Positions 1 through 9,455 are shown, numbered from the stretch's first letter. The stretch: 64,000 nt of DNA from an uncultured archaeon (GCA_964610875.1 CAZSWP010000009.1:1-64000), one strand, 5' to 3'. The notes: generated from the letters alone by a model not told the origin. Translations and numbers: made by a program.

Positions 1-126
1 GGATTTGAACCAGCGACCTCCGCACTTATGAAAACCGTTGGGAGTCAACGATTTATGTCAATGCGGAATATACTAGCGCGTCAGAATGACTCCAACACGT
101 TCATAGCCGGGCTAGACTATCGGCCC
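1..126 (-). tRNA. tRNA-Val(GAC) with two introns (D-arm and anticodon loop); 3' end cut by window edge
   Basis: The reverse complement reads GGGCCGATAGTCTAGCCCGGCTATG..CCGCA-TT-GAC-A..TGCGG-AGGTC-GCTGG-TTCAAAT-CC. The anticodon is at 57-59. There are two hairpin insertions (~69-101 and ~26-55). Confidence 0.85.
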
Positions 127-218
127 ATGGTAGGAGAGATTGCACCGTAAACGGATTAAAAACATTGCGACGGCACCATTTCTGACGAGATTATTAGGCT
201 CGCAGTAGACCAGAGTAT

Positions 219-428
219 ATGGCGACAAAGTGGCGGATGCTAGGAGGCAAGGTCTTCAAGCTCGACCAGGAGTTCCGGTCTCGTGATGAGGCCCTATCCC
301 GAGCTGAAGAGCTGCGCAAAGAGAACCTAGTACATGTATTTCATACAACAGATGGACGCTGGCTAGTCTATTGGCGTTCACGCGACCCGAAGGTCGAATG
401 TCATCTCAGCAACTGGTGGATCAATTAA
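219..428 (+). CDS. small hypothetical protein
   Basis: 69-aa ORF with natural composition, upstream of and co-directional with 466..777. Confidence 0.6.
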   Translation: MATKWRMLGGKVFKLDQEFRSRDEALSRAEELRKENLVHVFHTTDGRWLVYWRSRDPKVECHLSNWWIN

Positions 429-465
429 TTTCCGTCTTTATTAGGCATCATACTCACTATACTAT

Positions 466-777
466 ATGACAACCGAGGCTACTACAGGTGATATTGTACT
501 TGATGCAAGGAAGCAGCGGATAGAACAACTGGGGTGCATCATCACTCCGCGGAGTAAGGATTCGTTCGAGCGATTTGTGGGTGAGATTCGGTTGGATGGA
601 ATCTTCAATGTCACGGACTGGACTCCAGCGGCAGTACACACTCTATTATCAGTGTACCGTGACAATAAGTGGCAATTGGCAATACGGGTTGGTGAGAAGT
701 ATTTTACTCCAATCTTATTTGATAGTGGGCCTGCGTTCGATAAGATGGTCGAACTGATTACTACTGGTAGAATCTAG
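466..777 (+). CDS. hypothetical protein
   Basis: 103-aa ORF ending 3 nt before the convergent dut stop. Confidence 0.65.
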   Translation: MTTEATTGDIVLDARKQRIEQLGCIITPRSKDSFERFVGEIRLDGIFNVTDWTPAAVHTLLSVYRDNKWQLAIRVGEKYFTPILFDSGPAFDKMVELITTGRI

Positions 778-780
778 TTT

Positions 781-1227
781 CTATTTCACTCCGGTACTCC
801 CGAAACCGTCTACTCCCCTCTCAGAATCATTCAGTTCCTCTACTTCTAGGAATTCCACACTGGGCACCCTTCGAATTGCCATCTGGGCTACTCGCATACC
901 CACAGTGACTTCGAATGCTTCTTGCCCATGGTTTATCAGAATGACGCGCACTTCTCCTCTATAACCTGAATCTATGGTCCCAGGAGTGTTAAGGGTAGTC
1001 AGTCCGTTACGGATTGCAAGACCACTTCTCGGTCGTATTTGCGCTTCATAACCAGTTGGTATCTCCAAGGCAATACCCGTCTTCACTGCATATCTTTCGC
1101 CTGGCTTCAACAGGACATCTTCGACTGAATAGAGATCAAATGCCACATCCCCTGGTTTTGCAGCTTTTGGCACTTTCGTGTCTGGAGATAATCGTTTGAC
1201 CTTGATTATGACTTCACACTCAACCAA
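781..1227 (-). CDS. dut: dUTP diphosphatase (trimeric dUTPase)
   Basis: Motifs AFDL, QIRPRSG, GTIDSGYRGE, RVAQM and RGVDGFGSTG. The start is uncertain (TTG 1227; the ORF opens at 1275). Confidence 0.95.
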   Translation of the reverse strand: MVECEVIIKVKRLSPDTKVPKAAKPGDVAFDLYSVEDVLLKPGERYAVKTGIALEIPTGYEAQIRPRSGLAIRNGLTTLNTPGTIDSGYRGEVRVILINHGQEAFEVTVGMRVAQMAIRRVPSVEFLEVEELNDSERGVDGFGSTGVK

Positions 1228-1312
1228 GTAGAGAACACCCTTGATAGTTTGAATTGATAGGACTACATCGTCCATTAGTAGTTTTGGTGCTTAGAAACTA
1301 ATCACAACGGAG

Positions 1313-1672
1313 TCATTTATTACTTCTAGACTGCATCGCCTTGTAAGCTAAATGCTTTGCAGCGTCGCGTTTGACTTTGATGTCGTTTGCTTGTTTTCGA
1401 ATCTCATCAAACAAGGTCTTCTGTGAAAGAATCATACGTTCAACAAACGACGCGACAGCTTCAGACCTACTCTTGAAGATTTCCAACTCGACCATGGCAT
1501 CAAGGACTTCAACAATATAGGAGTTCATCCGGGCCATAACCGCCACCTCTCGGTTATCTAGTCCAAATTTCTCACTGGAGAATCTGCCCATGAGCTCGTC
1601 TCGCAATGCTTCCTGGTTTGGGGCCTCTATTGGTTCCTTGCTGTCATCCGTCATGTCTATCCCTTGCTTCAC
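1313..1672 (-). CDS. ribbon-helix-helix (CopG-like) regulator
   Basis: VAVMARMNSYIVEVLDAMVELEIFKSRSEAVASFVE fits the RHH strand-helix-helix pattern. Confidence 0.65.
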   Translation of the reverse strand: MKQGIDMTDDSKEPIEAPNQEALRDELMGRFSSEKFGLDNREVAVMARMNSYIVEVLDAMVELEIFKSRSEAVASFVERMILSQKTLFDEIRKQANDIKVKRDAAKHLAYKAMQSRSNK

Positions 1673-1681
1673 GGTTCCGTT

Positions 1682-1750
1682 TTACAGTTAAATTAGGACT
1701 GTAATAATTTATAAGGATTCATGTAACAATATTCATGTAATACTATTACA
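1682..1750. promoter_or_regulatory. divergent promoter with repeated TGTAA/TTACA operator motifs
   Basis: Perfect palindrome TGTAATA-C-TATTACA (1736-1750), direct repeat ATTCATGTAA (1717, 1731), inverted pair TTACAGT..ACTGTAA (1682-1704) and a TTTATAA box. Confidence 0.6.
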
Positions 1751-1760
1751 AATACTAGTA

Positions 1761-2762
1761 ATGGTGAACAAATTGTCAGTAGAAAATGCGCACCACCACA
1801 TTAGCACGCTTGCAGAGGAGATCCTTCTTGATGACGGATTTCATCTGGAGGCCCCCATCTCTCAGGTGGGTCTCTCTATCGTTCCAATTCTATCCTCTGA
1901 GGAAGACTCAGGAGATGAAGAATACATCAACGCCGCAATTGCATTGGAACGTGGCGACCTAGTTCTCATTGAAGCGGGAGATGCAGTAGAAACAATCCTT
2001 GCGAGAAATATCGGCAAGGTCCCTATATTGATTGAAGAAAGCGAGGTACTTGTTGCAGCAAACAGTCAAGACCGAATTGTCGTTCAGAGCGTTCTCATAG
2101 AACCAGGTAAAGAAATACGAATTCCTGTGAAATGCGTTCATGCACCACACTTCCTGAATCGTGGAGAAGGATTTAGCTCCATTGGTGCTGGTGGAATCGA
2201 CCTGAAATCAGGGATGAGGAAACAGAAGTACTGCTCAATCATGACAGATGTTGAACACTATGTTCCTGAGAGTGCAGTTGATCAGTCCGAGGTCTGGGAA
2301 CGAGTAGAAAAATACTGTAGAGTAATGGGTGTGGAAGACCCCACACAGTACGCTCAGGCTATGGAAGAAGTACAGAAAAGAGTCAGTGAGATTGCTGACG
2401 ATATCAAGTCCAATCTTCCTAAGAACACCTGTGGCCTTATTATCGTTGATAAGACAGGCGAGGTTGTTGCTGTAGAGCTCTATCGAAGACCAAAAGCTTT
2501 CGAAAAGCGACTCGGATTCATTGAGTCCGTACTCATGGAGTTCTCTGACCCTGAGCATTCCGCTCTTGAGAAAGAAGCCGCGTGGGCAAAAGCCGTACAG
2601 CTTCTTCTATCATTGAAGGACATGACTCCTGAGAGTGCTGCTGCAAAGTCAAACACATCAAACGTTGTTATAGGACTGAAGGACTTGAAAGGCGAAGCAG
2701 TCCTAAAAGATATAGCTCAAAAGAGAAAGAACCGTGTGTTATACTTCTCCCTCTCGAAATAG
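1761..2762 (+). CDS. ARPP-1 / DUF6569-family protein
   Basis: LSIVPI, PILIEESEVL..QDRIV..SVLI, IPVKCV and DQSEVW motifs resemble the ARPP-1-like domain. Confidence 0.65.
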   Translation: MVNKLSVENAHHHISTLAEEILLDDGFHLEAPISQVGLSIVPILSSEEDSGDEEYINAAIALERGDLVLIEAGDAVETILARNIGKVPILIEESEVLVAANSQDRIVVQSVLIEPGKEIRIPVKCVHAPHFLNRGEGFSSIGAGGIDLKSGMRKQKYCSIMTDVEHYVPESAVDQSEVWERVEKYCRVMGVEDPTQYAQAMEEVQKRVSEIADDIKSNLPKNTCGLIIVDKTGEVVAVELYRRPKAFEKRLGFIESVLMEFSDPEHSALEKEAAWAKAVQLLLSLKDMTPESAAAKSNTSNVVIGLKDLKGEAVLKDIAQKRKNRVLYFSLSK

Positions 2763-2775
2763 ATGGATTTCAATT

Positions 2776-2820
2776 GGAGGTATTCGGTATCCGATTGGGG
2801 TATCGGACCTCCTTCTTTTT
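2776..2820 (+). terminator. hairpin plus T-tract
   Basis: GGAGGT..ACCTCC stem followed by TTCTTTTT just after the 2762 stop. Confidence 0.5.
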
Positions 2821-2922
2821 CCAAAACTAGCAAGAAAGAACATATTGAATCCGTTACTAATCAAGAACTTATATTCTCATAATTTGAAAAATCTTCTAGA
2901 CCCAACTGCATTAAGATTTCCC

Positions 2923-3282
2923 TTACTCTTCATATTTGTAGACATTTTTCCCACACTCAGGACATGTTTCTGGTGGAAGTGTATCGATATCGATTTTTAG
3001 GAAGTGTCCGCCAGACCTACATCGGACCCAGTAATATTCCTCTGACTCTGGCGGTTCAAATTCAGCAATGTAGTCTTCAACAGGACCCATCAATCGAAAG
3101 CCATCCGTCTTCATTTTTGTGAATGAGTTCAACCTATCCTCAAGACCTGCAATCACATCATCAATCGTGTCAATCTGATAATCTACAAGCATATACTTGA
3201 AGATGAATATAGGGGGCGAGCACCACAGACAGGGACATTCGATCCTGTCCATTCCTGTGTAGTAACACAGATCATCATCCAT
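2923..3282 (-). CDS. Cys-rich putative Zn-binding protein (paralogue B)
   Basis: Probable start is ATG 3282 (MDDDLC), overlapping the upstream stop. Has CxCxxC and CxxC clusters and aligns with 3275..3664. Confidence 0.7.
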   Translation of the reverse strand: MDDDLCYYTGMDRIECPCLWCSPPIFIFKYMLVDYQIDTIDDVIAGLEDRLNSFTKMKTDGFRLMGPVEDYIAEFEPPESEEYYWVRCRSGGHFLKIDIDTLPPETCPECGKNVYKYEE

Positions 3283-3664
3283 CAGAAATCGCTCCCTCAC
3301 AATTTTCACAAATTCGTGGCTGCTGAGTCCCAACCGGAAGTTCGAGATGATGCCCACAGCCCCTACAACGACCCCAGTAGTATCCGTCACGTCGTGGTGG
3401 ATGAATCTGCAGATAGTCAATTGAAAGTCCTTGCTTGACTGAATATCCCGCTTTTTTCAGCTGTTTGAAATAATCTATCTGTGTCTTGACTGCGTCAATA
3501 ATGTCATCCAATGACTCACATTCGGCCTCAAGAGCCATGAACTTGAATGGATGGATGCTTGGAAAGCAATCAAGGCAGTTACATGTGAACGGGTCCAGTC
3601 CTGTATTCCTGCATCGTTTCAAAGACACTCCAACACCTCGTGGTTCGAACGCACAATCGGGCAT
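3275..3664 (-). CDS. Cys-rich putative Zn-binding protein (paralogue A)
   Basis: CRNTGLD..CNCLDC, YYWGRCRGCGH and CENC. Homologous to the downstream ORF. Confidence 0.75.
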   Translation of the reverse strand: MPDCAFEPRGVGVSLKRCRNTGLDPFTCNCLDCFPSIHPFKFMALEAECESLDDIIDAVKTQIDYFKQLKKAGYSVKQGLSIDYLQIHPPRRDGYYWGRCRGCGHHLELPVGTQQPRICENCEGAISDG

Positions 3665-3770
3665 ATAGCCTCAACGGCTATCTCAAATAATAGACTTCTA
3701 CAAGGACGAATACAATAGAATCATCTATCAAAACCAATCGTTCAGCTTAATCGTGAGGATATAGAAGTAA

Positions 3771-3847
3771 TGGTGCCGAGGGAGTGATTTGAACACTCGA
3801 CAACACGGTCTTCAGCCGTGCGATCTCCCGGGCTAATCTACCTCGGC
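3771..3847 (-). tRNA. tRNA-Phe(GAA), intronless, CCA encoded
   Basis: GCCGAGG..CACGG-CT-GAA-GA-CCGTG..TTCAAAT..CCTCGGC-ACCA. Confidence 0.95.
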
Positions 3848-3903
3848 ATTGTATTTTTTCTTCCTATGCTCTCTTGATATAAAGCTAACTCTGACCCCCA
3901 ATC

Positions 3904-4422
3904 TCAGCGGATCTTATAATTCATGAAACTTGCAATAACAGCTGTGAATATTGCTGCAAAGTTCACTGCTAATGGGTAGACAAGTAATGAGTCCAAGAAT
4001 GATAATGTTGCTAAGAATTGAGGCAGATTTGTAGAATCAGAGATTCCGAAGGGGACAAAGTAGAACATGAAGAATACACAAGTGATTAGAGCTATACCAA
4101 CAAAGGCTGGCATATCAGTAGTAGACCTAGCAAACTGCGAGAGTTTTGAAATCCAACCTCTTTGTGTTCTCTGTCTTCGTCGTACTTTTCTCTTTGATAC
4201 AATATGAGCCCATCTGTACATAGCCTCTGCCATAATCACATATGCACCTCCGAGTACAGCCATTGCACCTAGTGCAACGATGATTTGAAGCTCTGCACTA
4301 AGAATCTGCACATAGGTCGCTGCATGCCACATAAGTGGTATTTGTACAAATCCTGCTATACCAAGCATGATTAAAATCAGTCCGGGTTTGCTACCTCTTT
4401 TCCACCATACTGCAAGGCTCAT
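3904..4422 (-). CDS. membrane protein (about 4 TM)
   Basis: Hydrophobic helices flank a basic loop (KRKVRRRQR). Confidence 0.7.
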   Translation of the reverse strand: MSLAVWWKRGSKPGLILIMLGIAGFVQIPLMWHAATYVQILSAELQIIVALGAMAVLGGAYVIMAEAMYRWAHIVSKRKVRRRQRTQRGWISKLSQFARSTTDMPAFVGIALITCVFFMFYFVPFGISDSTNLPQFLATLSFLDSLLVYPLAVNFAAIFTAVIASFMNYKIR

Positions 4423-4505
4423 GATTATCTACCTAGGCTAATGAACGAACGGGAAAACATTGGGTCCACTCTTTAACCTTTTGGAAAAGAGAGACACTGT
4501 ACCAG

Positions 4506-5075
4506 TCAGGCATGTGCATCAATTTTGAACCAATATTCATGTAATTCTATATTGCTGACTCTGAAGCCAATCTCTTTGAGCAGTTGCATTATCGTGTAAC
4601 TTGTTTGATTCTGGTTTCCCGATACGCGATACCCCGTCTGTACTTGAGAGCCGTCAGGAAGATGAATGATGACTGGGAAAAGGAAGCTATCCGACTGTGT
4701 CTCAATGACACACCCGTAAATTGAGAGCATTCCCCCCTTCTTGAGTAATCGAAAAACCTCACCGAGTACTGCTTGCTTAGTTTCTGAATCTCTGAGATAT
4801 CCCAGAGTAAACCAGATTGTTATGATGTCGAACACAGAATCATTGAAACAGGTTTTTCGGGCATCACCCAGTACCCATTGTGAACCAGGGTCGTATAACA
4901 TCGCTTCACGAAGCTTCAGCATAGAAATATCAAGTGCGGTGACTCTTGCTCCTGCTATTCGAGAAACCAGTCCCTCAGAACCCCCTCCTATGTCAAGTAT
5001 CAATCCTTGTTCTTTGAATTCATTAAGATGAATAATCTGCTGAGGCGGTGTGAACAGGTTTGGGTTTGATGTCAT
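4506..5075 (-). CDS. class I SAM-dependent methyltransferase
   Basis: ILDIGGGSEG, ALDIS, GDA, FDII and RLLKKGG motifs. Confidence 0.9.
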   Translation of the reverse strand: MTSNPNLFTPPQQIIHLNEFKEQGLILDIGGGSEGLVSRIAGARVTALDISMLKLREAMLYDPGSQWVLGDARKTCFNDSVFDIITIWFTLGYLRDSETKQAVLGEVFRLLKKGGMLSIYGCVIETQSDSFLFPVIIHLPDGSQVQTGYRVSGNQNQTSYTIMQLLKEIGFRVSNIELHEYWFKIDAHA

Positions 5076-5095
5076 CTATATTCTCTCTGTGATCT

Positions 5096-5725
5096 CTACT
5101 TTTCTTCCTTATCTCTTGCATAATCGTATATTGATTCAACATAGCTATCAAAATTTGGCACCAATTCTATAGCACGTAGGTATGCCTGTTCAGCTTCTTC
5201 TTCGCGTTTCTCACGGTAGAGGAGTTGTATGAGATTCATCCATGCAACTAAATGATCTGGCTTTTTATCAAGAGTAGTTTTGAGTGCCTTCTCTGCATCC
5301 TCATTTTCTCCCAGAGCCTGGAGGACTACGCCTAGATTACACCAAGCATCTACATTGTCCGAGTCGTATTCTATTGATTTCCTGAATGCATCTATAGCAT
5401 CCTGATAGCGATTGGCAACATTGTACACACAACCCAAATTATACCAAGTATTCCCATCATCCGGGTCAAAGTCCAAAGCTTTTTTGAACGCCTTTTCTGC
5501 CTCAGCATTGTGATTCATAAGTAATTGAGATGCACCAATACCCTTCCATCCTTGTTCATTTTCAGGTTCGATTTCGATAGCAATTAAGAAAGCTTGATGT
5601 GCGAGAGCGACTGAGTTCTCTTCTAGAAGACGATATCCTAGAGTGAGCCAGGTCTCTGCAAGAGTGGAATCTAGGTTTTCCTGCCTAAGTGCTTCTTCAA
5701 ATTGAGTTCTATCAAACTCAGCCAA
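5096..5725 (-). CDS. TPR repeat protein
   Basis: Repeated W..LG..A..A..A..P 34-aa units. Confidence 0.9.
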   Translation of the reverse strand: MAEFDRTQFEEALRQENLDSTLAETWLTLGYRLLEENSVALAHQAFLIAIEIEPENEQGWKGIGASQLLMNHNAEAEKAFKKALDFDPDDGNTWYNLGCVYNVANRYQDAIDAFRKSIEYDSDNVDAWCNLGVVLQALGENEDAEKALKTTLDKKPDHLVAWMNLIQLLYREKREEEAEQAYLRAIELVPNFDSYVESIYDYARDKEEK

Positions 5726-5838
5726 GTGTCAAACCCCCTTATTGGAATGGATATATTGTGATGAACAACATTATGGTGATAAAGTATCCTCTCTCATTTT
5801 GTGCCTCGTTCCTTATGCCACAAAATTTGGGAAGCAGA

Positions 5839-6173
5839 CTATTCTCCATCATATTCGTGTTTGAGCATGCCATAATAGTATGAACCGTGACGCTGTCCAT
5901 TCCCAATCTACATTCACGAGAATGTCCCTCTTTTACAAATCCAAGACGTTCAGCAACATTATTGCTTCTAACATTTGTGTCCCTTGTGATAATCATGACT
6001 TGGTGTGCTTTCAAGTCCTCAAAGAGAAATTATGTTGCACGTCTTGCTGCCTCAGTAGCTAAACCTTTTCCTTGATGTCCAGAATCAAGGTAATAACCAA
6101 TTTCGAACGAAGGCACTTCCCACTTTTTTGGTTCTATCCATATCTGTCCAACATACAGATTTTCCTCTTTCAA
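5839..6173 (-). pseudogene. RimJ/RimL-type GNAT acetyltransferase remnant
   Basis: FEIGYYLDSGHQGKGLATEA, then in-frame TAA at 6030-6032, then NVRSNNVAERLGFVKEG, then a frameshift to YYYGMLKHEY. The N-terminus is missing. Confidence 0.8.
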
Positions 6174-6177
6174 CTAT

Positions 6178-6405
6178 ATGTCCATTACCAGTCTTTTTCT
6201 GGCAACCCCTCCTGATTACAGAGGTAAGGGACTTGCTACAAAGATGCTCATGCTGAGCACGAAACGTGCAAAGAAGAACGGTATGTCCGAAATCACTCTT
6301 GAGGTAGATATCACAAATTCTGTTGCTATTGCCTTATATGAACGAGTGGGTTTTAGTCAAGATAGCGGAAATATTAGCTTTCTCTGGAAGCGGGATGAAT
6401 CCTAA
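6178..6405 (+). pseudogene. C-terminal fragment of a GNAT acetyltransferase
   Basis: Only motifs A/B are present (PDYRGKGLA..LEVDITNSVAIALYERVGF). Confidence 0.7.
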
Positions 6406-6416
6406 ACCATCTATGC

Positions 6417-7013
6417 TTACGATGTTTGTTTTTGTTTCAATTCTAATGCTTGTGAGAGTCTATCTCTTGCAATGGGATTGTTGGGGTTTAATGAAACAGC
6501 TTTAATGAAAGCTTGTTCCGCATCTTCAGCTTGTTCCAACTTTAAATAGATTGATCCCAGAGTTATCCACGTTATTTCTTCTGAGGCATTCAGTTCCAAT
6601 GATTTTTCCACGGCTTCGATTGCTTCATCAGTCCTTTCAGTCATGTCTAGAAGTAAACCCAGTCTGTGCCAGTAGTTTGCATCTCCAGGCTCCAAAGCGA
6701 TTGCTCTCCTTATGTATCGCTCAGCTCTGTCATACTCCTTCATTCGTAAGAGGGACTCTCCAAGCTGTCCCCACGCACTCGCATTATTGGAATCGATCGT
6801 AACAGCTCTAATCAGATACTTAGCAGCATCTCTCACACCATCATCAGTCGTATTGAGAAGAGTACCTAGTGATATCAAAGCATGAACATTATCTGGTTCC
6901 TTGGTAACAACCCGTTTCAGCAGTACCCTTGCACGTCCAATATCTCCTTGGACTGCAGCCGTCATTGCTTCTAGAATTGTTCCCTCGGATTCTTTTGACA
7001 TAATACTGACCAA
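6417..7013 (-). CDS. TPR repeat protein
   Basis: Multiple TPR units (AWGQLG, YWHRLG, TWITLG). Confidence 0.9.
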   Translation of the reverse strand: MVSIMSKESEGTILEAMTAAVQGDIGRARVLLKRVVTKEPDNVHALISLGTLLNTTDDGVRDAAKYLIRAVTIDSNNASAWGQLGESLLRMKEYDRAERYIRRAIALEPGDANYWHRLGLLLDMTERTDEAIEAVEKSLELNASEEITWITLGSIYLKLEQAEDAEQAFIKAVSLNPNNPIARDRLSQALELKQKQTS

Positions 7014-7146
7014 ATCATTAACAAGGTGGACTGTTCTTAGACTTTACCTTATCTCATGTTTCAAATCATTATGCTTTGAACGGAAATATAATGAATTCTC
7101 TTGGTTGAACTCTAAATGTTATTTTAAGTTTGAGAAGGTCAATCAT

Positions 7147-7620
7147 TTGCAGGAGTACACAATTAGAGCGGCAACTGCTTCTGATGCCAAAGCACTGTCA
7201 TTATTGTATAGAAGAGTGTGGGATGATTATAGGGGCCAATTTCCAAGTGAATTACTTATAGAACGCCAACCTGACTCAGATGCGATGCTAAAATGGATGA
7301 AAGAGGCCTACTACTTTTTAGCAACAGTCAATGATAACGTTGTAGGAGTTATTGGTTGTAAATTGGAATATGGCACTTGCCAACTTCTTCGGATGGTCGT
7401 TGATAAGAGCCATCGTCAGCAAGGTATTCGAAGGCGTCTAATGCAGAAAGGAATACTCTTTGCACAGGAGAACAATGCTGCTAAAGTCTGGTTGGATACG
7501 CTTCCTTTTCTTGAAGAAGCTGTTCTCCTCCATAAAAAAATGGGACTGAATAAATGTGGATATCTACAAAAGCATCTATGGGGACTAGATTTAGCGCTTT
7601 ATGAAAAATTGATTGAATAG
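7147..7620 (+). CDS. GNAT family N-acetyltransferase
   Basis: TTG start at 7147 (QEYTIRAA). Motifs VDKSHRQQGI and VWLDT..A..L..KMG. Confidence 0.85.
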   Translation: MQEYTIRAATASDAKALSLLYRRVWDDYRGQFPSELLIERQPDSDAMLKWMKEAYYFLATVNDNVVGVIGCKLEYGTCQLLRMVVDKSHRQQGIRRRLMQKGILFAQENNAAKVWLDTLPFLEEAVLLHKKMGLNKCGYLQKHLWGLDLALYEKLIE

Positions 7621-7647
7621 TCTTATAATATTTCAATCATTGTACAA

Positions 7648-8547
7648 CTACTCACGATGCAACTGAAATTTACAACTCGTATCTCCACAGGCTTTACAGG
7701 ATACCTGCTCTACTGATATAGATGGGTTACCTAGAGCTCCCTCTATGAAACCGCTGAAGAAGTGACACATTGGTATCTCGGACTCTCTTCCTCTACATAC
7801 AGGACATAAAACAACATCATAGAGGTCTTGCTTCTTGTCGTACTTCACAACAGAAATTTCGTTCATCATCTTGAGAACATCGGTCTGATCGATTACCATG
7901 TTGCCCTTGAACCTATCTTTAGAAAGGATATGACCTGCATATCTACCAATGGTTTTGGTCACAAGTGCTTCAATCTCTCTATCATTATCAAAGTAATTGG
8001 GAACTTCTCTGACCAGTTTTATGGTGTCATCCGGAAATTTCTTGATAATATCTAGCCCTAGGTTTAGGACCATATAGAGTTGTGAGAGTGGAATGAAAGA
8101 TGGAAGAAAACCTATGAGTTCAGGATAGTCTTTCCTGATTTTCAGTAGATGATTATAAAGGTCCAAGATATTGGATTTGAATCGTGTATATCTCTCTCCT
8201 CGCACATAGGATGTGTCTTGCTTGAGATAATGTTCGAACTCTCTAAAGAATTGGTGTTCTATCTGCTTGACTAATATCTTTGTGAACTGTTCGTATTTTG
8301 GATTTTCAGTGTGGACTACAAAAAGCACTGGCTCTCTCGAGCTGTAGACAAGGAGGCCATCGCCAGCAGAGATTGACTTCAATTCTTTGTGACCTAGTTC
8401 TTTTAGGAGGGTAGCAATAGCGCTTGAAAGACCACCAAATAACTCTTCAAAGGTCTGTGCTTGGTCCTTCGACCCATCGATGTTCAAACTGAGTAATGGG
8501 ACACCATCAAGGTGGATGATGTAGACCGTTTTAATCATTTCATCCAT
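7648..8547 (-). CDS. N-terminal longin-like domain plus C-terminal V4R domain protein
   Basis: VYIIHLDGVPLL..LFGGLSSAI..LFVV is longin-like. CPVC..MCHFFSGFIEG..SCKACGDTSCKF is V4R. Confidence 0.75.
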   Translation of the reverse strand: MDEMIKTVYIIHLDGVPLLSLNIDGSKDQAQTFEELFGGLSSAIATLLKELGHKELKSISAGDGLLVYSSREPVLFVVHTENPKYEQFTKILVKQIEHQFFREFEHYLKQDTSYVRGERYTRFKSNILDLYNHLLKIRKDYPELIGFLPSFIPLSQLYMVLNLGLDIIKKFPDDTIKLVREVPNYFDNDREIEALVTKTIGRYAGHILSKDRFKGNMVIDQTDVLKMMNEISVVKYDKKQDLYDVVLCPVCRGRESEIPMCHFFSGFIEGALGNPSISVEQVSCKACGDTSCKFQLHRE

Positions 8548-8929
8548 CTATGTCTTCTCCGAAGAGTCGTTTTGAAAAATCATAGAACTGACTAAATGCT
8601 ATGACCAATATGAAGATGCCAACTAGCAACAATGTAAGTCTTATTGGTTTCCAAATGAAATTGTAGAATTCACCTGGTGAGAACCAATACCACTCATCAA
8701 ACGCATCCATTGCAGTACTGATCATTCCAAAGATAGCAAACACCACAAGAGGCCAGAATGTCCTTTTTCTCTCTATTATGGGGTATTCTCTCGCAGCATA
8801 AACAATGATTACCAGCAATATAATGAAGGCAACGAATGTTGTAATATCGAGAATTGCTTTTAGTATTTCAAGTGGTTCGGTCGGAGGATGAAAATCTATA
8901 GTTACATCTTGCAGCGTTACAACCTCCAC
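8540..8929 (-). CDS. small membrane protein (3 TM)
   Basis: Three hydrophobic helices; overlaps both neighbours, as in an operon. Confidence 0.75.
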   Translation of the reverse strand: MEVVTLQDVTIDFHPPTEPLEILKAILDITTFVAFIILLVIIVYAAREYPIIERKRTFWPLVVFAIFGMISTAMDAFDEWYWFSPGEFYNFIWKPIRLTLLLVGIFILVIAFSQFYDFSKRLFGEDIDG

Positions 8930-9258
8930 TGTTTTGCTCCAAACACTGCAATCTGATAGATTCCAACAGCAAAGAGAACAAGTCCCACTACAAATGCGGA
9001 ACCATCAATAATATTGAGTAAATCCACAACAAGGTCATCCAACTGAAGCGTGTCTAGAACATCTGCAATTGAATGTATGATTAAGAACACAATACCAATA
9101 ATGATAAGGGACCAGCCATGCGAAGTTAATTTAGGATATCTCTTTGTTACTCTATAGGCAAGCATCATTGCAACTAGGAGGCCTATTACAATAAGTGACT
9201 CCATAGTGATGAGAAACCAATCTTCTGGGTCTAGCAGGCCGGTCTGAATAATAATCAC
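8917..9258 (-). CDS. small membrane protein (3 TM), similar in layout to 8540..8929
   Basis: TM1-(R/E)YP-W-TM2-D..D-TM3 pattern. The start is uncertain (GTG 9258 or ATT). Confidence 0.7.
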   Translation of the reverse strand: MIIIQTGLLDPEDWFLITMESLIVIGLLVAMMLAYRVTKRYPKLTSHGWSLIIIGIVFLIIHSIADVLDTLQLDDLVVDLLNIIDGSAFVVGLVLFAVGIYQIAVFGAKQWRL

Positions 9259-9455
9259 CCGGGAATAAAAAACCACTAAGGCTGAATTAAGTCTTCCTGA
9301 GATTTCTTATTTTCTTATGAAAGAGATGAATTGATGCTATAGTATTAACAAACATTCAAAATAAAGATGATATTTGGATATGGACACACCAGTTTCATTT
9401 TCTTACGTGAAAAATTCAGACTCGCAACTCTTATTGAGTCGTTCGTTCTTATGGT

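Noticed and set aside
6901-7146. N-terminal extension of the GNAT ORF
   Set aside because: It overlaps the TPR gene antisense and the intergenic DNA; the GNAT fold starts at ~7147.
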